The notes under the pieces: model-generated
What the model was told of the DNA's origin: nothing
Seen by the model: only the letters and a program-made list of their open reading frames with translations
Database searches by the model: none
In this document: positions 24,806 through 36,900 of the stretch, one piece after another
Position numbering within the stretch: the stretch's first letter is position 1
Layout of the letters: every line of letters begins with the position of its first letter
Origin: Guillardia theta CCMP2712
Lineage: Eukaryota > Protista > Cryptophyta
Assembly: GCF_000315625.1 (NCBI RefSeq)
Contig: NW_005434621.1
Location: forward strand, 201,398 to 265,397
Length of the DNA: 64,000 nt
Direction: 5' to 3'
Translations under genes and position numbers: made by a program

Positions 24806-25789
24806 CGTTGAATCTAAACAAAAATTTCAATGATAGCGACATGCCGATACAACGCTAATGGTGAACACGGAAATGACTCATTGGTTCTGTCATCACACCA
24901 TGAGCCAAGCACTTGGCTTATCTTTGAGCTCATAACGTAACATTCATGGTTCTCCACCCCTACCTCCTCCTCACGGGCTGCTGGCTACACCTCTTGCTTG
25001 ACCTCTCTGCGCTCTCCTGCACCCTCATCTCATACTCTGTAATCTCTTCTTTATCCTCTCTCCTGTCATGTCCCCTACCTCACTGTCTGTTCCCCATTCT
25101 CATCATTCCTTTCTCGTTGCTTGCCCAGACCCGCACACCGCGCTCTGGAAGCCTTCATTACTTCAATAAATCTTCCAAAAACATTGCAGTTGTTTATTGA
25201 TTTTCAATTCTTTGCAGTAAAATAGAAGTACCCCACCATTATGAACTGGGATCTACCACCCCATTACCCCCATCATCTAGATAAATTTTCTCTTCGTAGG
25301 AAGGGTACACACAGGCCTTTCTACATGCCATGAAGGGTGGGGGTAGATGTATATAAAATCAGACAGTTCTGACGTGGACAGAGTTGAGGAAGACAGGACG
25401 AAAATTTAAAAACAATTTTGAAGGAAACTGATGGGTAGGGGGTCAGTTTGGATGGGGTAGGGGGTACTTCCAAATGATCGAGAGAGGGTGCTACACATAT
25501 GAAATTTTGGGGTATTAGAGAAGGTTAGGGGAAACAAAGTGGAAGTGGTGTGAATTCTCGAAGGGGTAGGGGTACTACAGAGGAGGTGTAGTGTTAGTCC
25601 CCACCTTCAAATCTTCCATATTCAATTCCAAATATTGAGAGGAGAAATTGAAATGAGTGTGAATTTGCAAATCAGCTGCCGAAGATTCAAGGAAACACGG
25701 CAGCAACCTCAAAGTCCGCTCTAGAATTCAATAAATGAAGTCAAAAGTTTGAAATCGGAAAGCAACTTGAAAAAAGTTGACCGTTTCCT

Positions 25790-27574
25790 TGCACCAGATC
25801 GGACGCCCGGCCGCCGCCGGGCCCGGGTTGGCAGCCACGGTGCTGGGCGGCCGCCCGGCCGTACAGTGATAGTAAAGCTACGGTCAGTGAAAACTAGCCC
25901 CGGGCCATGCAGTCACGCCGTGACGGAGTCACGGCGTGCCGCGTCCCTCAGTCCGACCGGGCGGTTGTACCGTTAGTAAGGGGCGGGCCGCGGCGTGTAC
26001 GGTCCCGGCTGAGTGAGCCGCGGGCTGCAGTGCAACTTACTACTAAATCAGTGGGCGCTGCGCCGCTGTGCCGCTCGCCGGCGGAGCGGCTGACAGGCCT
26101 GATGGAACGTATGCCAGCCGTGCCAGTCAGATAGCGCCGAGTTAACAAAAACTCTCCTGTAAACCAAGACGACTTACGTGGCAGGCGGCAATGTAGTACA
26201 TGTGACGAAGAGGAGGCCTTCCTAGCCGTCTTGCTAAGGTCCCCTCATGTCTGGATGCTTGGGTTTCACATCCTAGCATACAGTCTATCTCTCATGTGCT
26301 CCTCAATTCTGGTTTTCGTGTGCCGCATGATTAAACTCGGTCTTGAGCAAAAACTGTCTTGTTGAGATTAAGGTCGATGTGATATCTGCGTGACTTTGGA
26401 CTAGTACAAGTCTAACAAACTTGTATTCCGTCGGTTATGAGCCTCGGTTACATACTCAATCATGTTGATCTTATATTTGGTTAGTTGAATTGTTTACTGG
26501 AGTTTTTTCTTTCTTGGTATTGTTTTCCGTTACTGTTGAAAATTCATGCAACTTTCTATCAAGCCTTACACATTCGGATGACTCTTCTCTTCAATCAGGC
26601 TCTCTCTCTAGCCGCAAGTTGTTTAGGCCTCTCATCTCAGCCTCAATTTGTTTGATTGATCTTCGAATAGGAAAAACAAGCCTTTCCCCAGCCAGATTGG
26701 TCGGTCGAATATCTGCTTAACCGTGTGGAAACGCACTTGAAGCTGATTCGATTCTTATTTTCTTGATCTTTGAGTAGGATCAAATGGAACTCCCAGGAGA
26801 TCTGGCGGAAGTTTCATGTCATGGAGCTAGGCTGTGGCATGCATAACTGGAGCTACTTCTGGATCGGCGAACAAGGTACTACTGCACAACAATCTTCAAA
26901 TGCCTTGAAACGGATGTTCCAATCTTGCGGCAGCAATCTCTGGTCACAAGTTCTTTACGGTTCAAAACATTTATCTTTTGGTCTTCAAATGCCGGCGGGC
27001 ACGCTCTCTCTATCTCTCTTATCTTCTCTCTCTTCAGACTCTCTTATCCTATCCTCCATCTCTCGTCATTGCATCCGCTCGCCAGGCATCTCCCCTTATC
27101 TCTGTACCGCACATCTAACAGCCCTGCATGAAAATCTTCTTCAGAATGGACAATCCTCGAATGGTTATTGCCCACTCAGCATGACTGTGAACTTGACGTT
27201 GTATCATCGTATCTTGACTTGGATCTGCTGACATTCTCTTGTTTGTGTGACTTTCTGACGTCCGATGTAACGTACTATTTCAGAAACTCGGGGGGAGGAT
27301 GGAACGTATGCCAGCCGTGCCAGTCAGATAGCGTGACTTTGGACTAGTACAAGTCTAACAAACTTGTATTCCGTCAAGGCCCGGCAGTCCCACCGCGCAG
27401 CGCCCGGCCGGGCCCGGGGCTCACTGGACTCGTATGGCGCACACCGCCCGGTACGGTACCGTACGGTACGGTACGGTAGTACGTACTGTAATAGTCAATA
27501 CCAGCCCCCGCCTGTAGTGTAGTACTAATTATCTTCAAGTACTACCTGTAGTGTAGTACTAATTATCTTCAAGG
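25790..27574. repeat. GC-rich non-coding repeat (CCGGG/CGGTAC-rich) split by the LTR insertion; 29-bp direct repeat at about 27511-27574
   Basis: Compositionally distinct blocks at 25790-26099 and 27377-27510 flank the LTR element. cctgtagtgtagtactaattatcttcaag occurs twice. A similar GC block lies at 6530-6620. Confidence 0.55.
26100..27376 (+). mobile_element. Non-autonomous Ty1/Copia-type LTR retroelement (TRIM-like, 1277 bp)
   Basis: Termini TGATGGAA...TTCCGTCA. 5-bp TSD AGGCC (26095-26099 and 27377-27381). 5' LTR 26100-26432 followed by PBS-like GGTTATGAGCC. PPT GGGGGGAG at 27290-27297 before an internally deleted 3' LTR (27298-27376). No gag/pol recognised. Confidence 0.85.
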
Positions 27575-27975
27575 CTTCAAGTTTTTGCACTACCAACACA
27601 TAATTTTTTATCTTTTACTAACTTAATGAAGGATTCTCAGTCTAGTACTGATTTACAGTACTTGATGTATGTTTTAAAAGCAAGTTGTATTGCTTTACCG
27701 TACTTGAATCAATAATGTAGGCCCGGCGGTTGAGAAGGGTGGTCCACCCTCCCCCTTTGGGTCTTTTCAAATTGTACAGCGAAGATTGATTTTCTGAATA
27801 AATATAATCATTCAATATTATTGATTGATAATTTATGGGTCTAATTGTGGGGTTAGAACGGAGGAGAGGGGCAACCGGCAGACGTTGTGCCGCGGGGCAT
27901 GGTGGCAAGAAGAGGGAGGGGGGGAACCTGAGCGAAGAGGAGGCGGAAACAACAGGAAACTCCTGACATAGAATC

Positions 27976-30900
27976 ATGGCTGATCCTAGATACAAGTACG
28001 TGCAAGAAAGGATTGAGCAGGGGTTGAGGGGTTGGGAGTTCAGTCCATCGGTCGATTCTCTGCTCTCCCAAGGGAAGAACCGCCAAATCCTTGAAGATTT
28101 TATGAAACCAAATGGACCTGAAAAAATGATGATATGCTGTCAGGTAGTGAACTCTTGTTGACAGAAGATTTTTCCCTGACAATTTTGCTCTCACAGCGAA
28201 GTACCAGCGGGAAGAATAAGTTGTACATGACCACGGGACAGGACGAAATTCTGAATGGCAAATGCTGTTACTTCACAAGAGTTAATCCGAAGGGGATTGA
28301 TGTCAAGTCCTTTGAATTGGATTGCGCTTATGGAGAAATTGTTGGAAATCCACTTTCAAACTTCAACGTGGTAGTACAAGACGTTTTCCGGGTACGTTGC
28401 CTGTTGTCGTCATCACATAAGCCTCATTATTCTGTTCCCTCAGCCCGCAATCGAGTCTGAAGAGTCCTTTGGAAAGTGCCCTGAAGAAAATTGGAAAGAA
28501 TACTCTGGCACTGTGTCAAAGTTTGCAGAAATGCTCACAGAAGCTGTACACAGTCTGAAGGGTGGAATTGAGTTGCCTATGCCCGATTCAAAATATGAAA
28601 CAGTAATTCTTTCACTTCGTCTCGACCTATCTGACTGAAACTTTGCAAGATTCAACCCACCCAGCCGGCTTTCGCCAAAGCTGCTGTTGATAGGTTTAAT
28701 TTTTTTCATTGATGTTTCGTGAATGTAAAACCTCTTATCCAGCGACGTCGTAACTCACTTCGAAAACATCGTGGAGAGATGGTGCTCGCAAATTGAAGAT
28801 CTTCTCGATGAAAAGCAACCTCCTTCCAAAGACGCTGATGATTCTGGCCCTGAGACAGGTAAACCATCTTGCCAAAACGATGTTGAACACTCTTGACACG
28901 TTGTATCAGAGTTCGAATATTGGAGGACAAGGATGGCCAAATTCAATCATGTTGTAGAGCAATTGAAAAAGCCCATCGCTAGAGTTGTGATTGGTGTGCT
29001 CACTACCGCCAAATCAAAACACTTGAAACGGTGGAAGCTATGTGACAATGGGATCACTGACGCATTGAACGAGGCCAAGGACAATGTCAAATACCTGTCT
29101 ACTTTGCAAAAGTATACAGAACCACTGTATACAGGCACACCTGAAGCGATCATTGAAAGCCTTCCTGCTTTGATGAACAACGTAAAAATGATGTTGACCA
29201 TTGCCAGATACTACAGCACTCAAGAGCACATGACAACTTTGTTTGTCAAGATTACGAATCAGATGATCAAAACTTGCAAGAAGAGTATTGAATGCCCTGT
29301 CATTGGAGAGAACAAAGTCAGGTTGTGGGACCAGGACTATGAAAGCTTGCTAAAACGACTGGAGATGAGTCTTAAGTTGAACGATGCGTATCAAGAGCTT
29401 TATCGCCTTACCAAAGAAAAGCTTCAGACCCAGCCCAAAGTGAAACAATTCGATTTCAATGAAAGTAGAATATTCGGAAAATTTGACCTTTACTGTAAAA
29501 GAGTTCAAAAGCTCATGGATATGTTTACTACCATAGTACAATTCAGTGCCCTTGCAAATAACAAAGTTGAAGGTATGGATTCTTTGATTTCGCAATTCTT
29601 TCAGCTTGTTGATGACTTCAAGAAAAAACCTTACGACCTTTTGGACTACACCAAGAATGCATTTGATCGTGATTTTCTTGAGTATAATGTGAACATTGCA
29701 GAATTGGAGACTCAACTCCAAGGGTTCATCAATGCAAGTTTCGAAAACATTACAAGCACTGAACATGCTCTTGCGTTGCTTAAGCAATTCGAGACCATTC
29801 TGCAAAGGGAAACTCTCAAATCCGATCTTGACAGCAAGTACACCGTCATCTTTCACAACTATGGTCTAGATTTAGAGACAGTGCAGAAAATCTACGACAA
29901 GCAAAAAAATGCCCCTCCGACTGTTCGCAACTCTCCACCAGTTGCAGGCAATTTGATTTGGGCGAGGCAGTTGCTTCGAAGAATTGAGGACCCGATGAAA
30001 AAGTTTCAAGCCAACAAGAACATCATGACCACCAAAGAGTCTAAAAAAATCATCAAGACTTACAACAAAGTAGCACGAGCTCTGATCGAATATGAAACTC
30101 TTTGGCATCATGCTTGGTGTAAGTCTATCGAGGCAGCAAAGGCTGGTCTTCAAGCTTCACTGATTGTGAGACATCCGAAATCAGGAAGGCTCTTCGTGAA
30201 TTTTGACAGAGAGATCTTACAGCTAATGCGAGAGACAAAATGCATGCAGCGGATTGGAATTGAGGTTCCAGAAAGTGCAAAAATGGTCCTGTTGCAAGAG
30301 GACAAATTCAAATCCTATTTCAACCAACTTTTGTTTGTATTGAAGGAATACGACAGAGTCCTAGGAAAAGTCATTCCTGTGATTCGTCCACTTCTGAAGC
30401 CGCATCTCGATGATTTGGACAGGAAGATTCAACCTGGAATGTTGATGTTGACTTGGCAGTCCATGAACATTGATGGGTATCTGAACAGAATTCATCAGGG
30501 TCTTGCGAAATTTGAAGAACTTGTCAAGAAGATCAACGACCTCATAGAAAACCGAGTGGAGTCAAATCTCAAATATATCAGCAAGACATTGCTGGTTGAT
30601 ATTCAGTCAGATTCTTCATTCACTTTGGATCAATTCGTCATCATGCAAGAAAAGGTGACCAAGAAGAAAACTCAGATGATGGATGCCAAGAATCTCGAGG
30701 TTGAGCGTGCTGTTGAAGATCTCATCAACATAGTGCTCAATTTTCCCATTGAAGACACGGAAGTTTCCAGTATCAGCGAAGAGACGATCCAGAAATTGAG
30801 GGATCACTATAGCCGGCTCATGTACTTGGCTATCTTGAACACCACAAAGAGCTCCTTTCATACCTTGAAGCGCAGGCTGGCATCGCGATCTGGAATGGGG

Positions 30901-33900
30901 GCAATAGTCGCTGACAAGCCCTTCTTTGACGTAAATGTAGAGCTTGCAGTGCCACATGTTACTATGAACCCGAGCTTGGATGAAATTCAAGCAGCGATCA
31001 ATCGATGTGCCATCAATGTGTTGAAGTGTTCGAAGAGTATTTGCCAATGGGGCCAAGACCGTACACAAGATGTCAACAAGCTCCAGACATTTCACTCATT
31101 GATTGCCCAAGACCGCGAGATCGTGAAAGTTGTCCTTTTGCTGACTGGAAGTGTTGAAGGTACAAAAAAACAAGTCCATGATTACCTCCAGACATTTTTG
31201 CAATATGAACATTTGTGGAAAATGGACAAACAGGCTGAATATAAAAAGTTCATGGCAACGGAACCGGACAACGAAGCATTTGATAATGAATTGAAGAAAT
31301 ATGTTGAAATTGAGCTCACAATCGACAATATTCAAAGGGTGCACAATATTGGATGTATGTCGTTGGATACAAATCCAGTGAAAAGCTCGCTAAAGTCAGA
31401 AGCTGCTGCATGGAAGTCCCAATATTCTAGAAATTTGCATTCGCAAGCACGAGACGAAATGTTATCATTGCAAGATATGATGAAAGAGACACTTCAGAAG
31501 CTTGAGCGTCCATTGAATGATTTAGATGACGTGCGAGATGTCATGAATGTGCTGAAAGGAATTCGAGAGCGAGAGTCCGAGATCGATTATCAGATCATAC
31601 CTGTTCAAGAGAAGTATCAACTGCTCTCAAACAACAACGTGTATGTTGAAAAAGAGGAGTATGACGAATTGAGCAACCTTGAAGAGACATGGATCAGGGT
31701 CAAATCTCAAGCAATGGCTGCTGGAGACCGCCTTGCTAGCTTGCAAGCTGGGTTCAAACAAACCTTGACGGAAAATGTGAAAGAATTTGTTGCTGATGCG
31801 AAAGATTTCAGGCAAGATTTTGTTGACAACGGCCCTATGGTGCAGGGAATTCCACCCATGGAAGCTGCTGAAAGGTTGAACAAGTACAAGCGATTGTTTG
31901 AAGAGCGACAAAGAAAATGGGATTCTTATTGTGAAGGAGAAGAGCTGTTTGGTTTACCCATAACCCAGTATCCAGAACTGGAACAGTGCAAGAAAGAACT
32001 TGAACTGCTGGACAAATTGTATTCCTTATACGTGAACGTGGTTCAAGGAATCAAGGGATATGGCGATCTGCTATGGGCTGATGTTGTAGCAAATATCGAC
32101 AGCATGACAGAAGCTGCCACTGCATTTCAGTCTCAGTGCAAAAGAATGCCCAAGCAGCTGAGAGATTGGGAGGCTTACGGCGAGCTGAAGAAAACTATCG
32201 ATGACTTCTTTGAAGTGCTGCCACTGTTGCAGCAATGTTCAAACAAAAGCATGAGAGTTAGGCACTGGAAGGCAATAATGCAAGTATGTGGCAAACAGAT
32301 TCCGATGGACGAAAATGGTCCGTCGGCCGAAAACTGCAAATTGCAGCATGTGCTAGATCTTGGAATGGTTTCGTTCTCGGAAGATATTGAGGATATTGCC
32401 GGGGGATCTGAAAAGGAGTTGCAGATCGAGAACAAGTTAGACGCTATCATCCAAATTTGGGAAGCCCAAGCATTCGCATTTTCCCCTTTCAAGAATCGAG
32501 GTCCTGTCATTCTTGAAAGCAAAGCTTTGGGTGAAATCATGGAATCTTTGGAGGAATCACAAATGAATCTTGGGTCAATGGCTGGCAACAGATACTCAGC
32601 TCCCTTTCGTGAGAGAGTTATGGAATGGATAGCAAATCTTTCCACGGTATCAGATGTTGTAGAGCAATGGGTTGCAGTGCAGAATCTCTGGGTGTATATG
32701 GAAGCGGTGTTCTCAAGTGGAGACATTGCAAAACAACTTCCCCAAGAGGCAAAACGGTTTCAAACAATTGACAAGAACTTCATGAAGATCACTTCCAAGG
32801 CAAACGAAGTTCCGAATTGTGTTCAACTTTGCTGTGGGAATGAGTTGATGAGGACACTTTTGCCACATCTCACGGAACAATTAGAACTTTGTCAGAAGTC
32901 ATTGACGGGTTATCTGGAAACCAAAAGAAATTGTTTCCCTCGCTTCTACTTTTGCTCTGATGGTGTCTTGCTAGAAATTCTTTCTCAAGGTTCTGACCCT
33001 CATGCAATCGTTCAACATTTGCAAAACGTCTTTGATTCTTTAGCTGCGCTTTCATTTGACAAGCAGAAGAAGAATACTGCTGTCACTATGGTTGCTAACG
33101 ACAAAGAAGAAGTGAGGTTTTCGACTCCGTTGAATCTTGGTGGAAATGTTGAGGATTATCTAGGGGATCTCGTGAATCAAATGCAGGAAACTTTGCATGA
33201 TATTTGCAGGGAATGCGGAGCAGAATGTGAAGGAATGAGCTGTGAAGAAATCGTCGAGAAGTTTCCAGCTCAAGTTGGCATCATGGCTATTCAATTCCAA
33301 TGGACCAATGAAACAGAGGATGCACTCAAGCGAGCTCGACAAGACAAGTCTTCCTTGCATGGTTCGAATAAGAAAGCACTGGCCGTTCTCAATGAATTGA
33401 TCGGAATGACGGTGATTGACAAATGGAACAAATTGGAACGCACCAACATCGAAACTTTGATTACCATTCAAGTTCATCAAAAGGATGTTTCAGAAGAGCT
33501 TGCAAAGAAGAAGGTGAAGGATCCACAGGATTTTGAGTGGTTGAAGCAAGCACGATGTTATTGGAAGGTAGAGAAGGACTGGACGGTCATTTCAATATGC
33601 GATGTTGATTTCGATTATTCACACGAGTATCTTGGATGCAAGGAGCGCCTCGTTGTCACTCCATTGACAGATCGATGCTACGTGACACTCTCTCAAGCGA
33701 TCGGAATGTTCCTAGGAGGAGCACCGGCTGGTCCTGCAGGAACTGGAAAGACCGAGACCACTAAGGACATGGGACGAATGTTAGGAATTTTTGTTGTTGT
33801 TTTCAACTGCTCTGATCAGATGGACTACAAGGCATTGGGCAAGATTTACAAGGGTCTCGCCATGGCTGGTTGCTGGGGATGTTTCGACGAGTTCAATCGC

Positions 33901-36900
33901 ATTGACTTAGATGTTTTGTCAGTTGCTGCCTCTCAAGTAGCCTGTGTTTTGGCAGCACAACGAGAACGCAGCAAAGAGTTTGTGTTTACTGATGGACAAA
34001 CAGTTCAATTGAGACCTGGATGCAGTTATTTCATCACCATGAATCCTGGCTATGCAGGAAGGCAGGAGTTGCCTGAAAACTTGAAAGCCTTGTTTCGTGG
34101 AGTTTGCATGATGGTTCCAGACTTCATGTTGATCATCAGGGTGAAATTAGCTGCATGTGGATACTATGAGAATCAGGTCATTGCTAAGAAGTTTGACCTT
34201 TTGTACAATTTGTGCAAGCTGCAGTTGACAAAGCAGACGCACTATGACTACGGACTTCGAAATATCCTCTCTGTCTTAAGGACAGCTGGTAAAGTCAAGC
34301 GTGAGAACCTCAGTGCACCTGAGCCATTCTTGATGATGCGAACACTACGTGACATGAACATGTCCAAGATGATTGCTGAAGACGTTCCTCTCTTCTTATC
34401 TTTGATTGAAGATCTTTTTCCAAACATTACTGCAGAGAAGGCCACCTTTCCACAGGTTGAGAGTGCAGCAGAAAACTATGCAAAAGAGAAGAATCTGCAA
34501 TGGAAAGAAGCTCCTGAATGGGCGGGCAAGGTTGTGCAGGTTTTGGAGACCTACTTTGTAAGACATGGGATTGGAATCGTTGGGCCCACTGGAGCTGGAA
34601 AGACTATGGCGTTGGAAACACTCGCAGGGGCATTGACGATGACTGACGAGAAGCACGTCATCTTGAAAATGAATCCTAAGGCTGTGACGGCTGCCCAGAT
34701 GTTTGGAAAGTTGGATGCCACAACTGGAGATTGGACAGATGGAATCTTTGCTGTGCTATGGAGGAAAGGAACCAAGGCAAAGAACTCAAAGACTTGGATT
34801 CTGCTCGATGGTCCTGTAGATGCAATTTGGATTGAGAACCTGAACACCGTGCTGGATGACAACAAACTGCTCACTCTGGCGAATGGTGATAGAATTCCGA
34901 TGACGCCTGAGATGAAGGCAATCTTTGAACCTGAGAACTTGATGAATGCCTCTCCAGCTACTGTTTCCCGCATGGGAATCATCTTCTTCTCTATCAGTGT
35001 CCTTGGATGGAAGCCATTGGCTCAGTCATGGCTGCAGACGAGGAGAGATAAGGAACATCAGATCTTGAGAAGTCTCATAGACAAGTATGTTGACCCCCTG
35101 TTTGAATTCCTGTTCCGAGACTGCAAGGCTGTTATGTACTCCACAGAGGGAATATACTTGAACAGTGCCTTCAAGATATTTGAAGAGTTAACTGCTCCTT
35201 TCATCGACACCAAACAAATCCTATCCGATGAACACATGGAACGACTCTTCATTTTTTCGCTGTGTTGGTCCCTTGGTGCCCTCCTGGAACTCTCGGATCG
35301 TACCAAATTCAATGAGAAGTTGATTGCAATCGCAGAGAATGCTCCGAATCTTGACGAGGGCGATACCTGTTATGAATATTTGGTCGACGCGCAGGGAAAT
35401 TGGCAACATTGGAGAACTAAAGTTGAGTCCTGGGAGTATCCTCAGGATCGTGAACCAAAGTTTGCAGAGCTTCTCATTCCAACCTTGGACTCACTTCGAT
35501 ACGAGTCGATGCTTGCTACGTTGGTTCCAGCTGGAAAACCAGTTTTGTTCACTGGTGGTCCAGGAGTCTCGAAGACTGCATGTATCTTGATGTATCTTAC
35601 AAACCTGAACGAGGAAATCTACAACATCAAGATGACTCCGTTTTCTTTCGTCACAACTCCGATGATTTATCAGAGGACTCTGGAGAGCACTGTAGAGAAG
35701 AGACAGGGAAGGACTTACGGACCACCTGGTGGAAAGAAGTGCGTCTTCTTCATTGACGACATCTCTATGCCTGTCATCAACAACTGGGGCGATCAGATCA
35801 CAAACGAGATAGTCAGGCAAAGCATTGCCGAGGCTGGTCTTTACAATCTCGATAAGCCAGGTGAATGGAAGGGCTTGGTGGACATCTGTTACACAGCAGC
35901 TATGACACATCCAGGAGGAGGTAGAAATGACATCCCGAACCGTCTGAAACGTCAGTACTGTCTGTTCAATGTAACAATGCCATCGTTGATCGCTGTAGAC
36001 AACATCTTCGGATCAATTATCCGTGGTCGCCTGTCCGAATCGTCTGGAGTACCCAAAGCTGTGGCGAACCTTGCATCGAAATTGACAGAGGCTACCATTC
36101 AGCTTTGGCAGAAAACTTCAAGTAAGATGCTTCCAACGCCAGCGAAATTTCACTACTTGTTCAACATGCGAGAGCTTTCAAGAGTATTTGCTGGAATATT
36201 TGAGGCCCCAAGAGAAACTGTCCGAGACGAAGTCTACCTTGTCAAGCTTTGGCGTCATGAGTGCGAAAGGGTGTTCTCCGATAAGCTCACGAATCTTGCA
36301 GACAAGGAATGGGAAAACAACTGTATTTTAGATGTAATAGAAGATGTTTTTGGAGGTGAGATGAGAAGCAACGTTCAAGGGATGTGTTATTTCGTGAACT
36401 TTCTTGGTGATCCGATCATCGATGCGGATGGAGTGGTCGAAGATGAAAGACCAAAGCTTTATGAGGAGGTGAAGGATCGCGAGTTCGTGAAGAACAAGGC
36501 GTTAGAATTCCAATCAAAGCACAATGAGGAGAACAAGGTTGGCAAGTTGGAGCTTGTCTTGTTCGAGTATGCCTTGGAGCATTTGATGAGAATCAATCGA
36601 GTCATTTGCATGGATCGTGGTTCAATGATGTTGGTTGGAGTTGGAGGATCTGGAAAGCAAAGCCTTACAAGGCTTGCATCCTTCATAGCAGGAAATTTCA
36701 CTTTTCAGATAGTAATCACGAAACATTACAACACTGGAAACCTTTTTGACGACCTGAAGCTGTTATACAGGACTGCGGGAGTTCAAGGCAAGCCAGTCAC
36801 TTTCATTTTCACTGATGCCGAAGTCAAAGAAGAAGGATTTTTAGAGTACATCAATCAAATCCTTTCCACAGGAGAGGTGTCAGGCCTGTTTGCAAAAGAT

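Noticed and set aside
26770-27231. 153-aa ORF inside the LTR element as gag/pol
   Set aside because: No zinc knuckle, protease, integrase, RT or RNase H motifs; non-ATG start.
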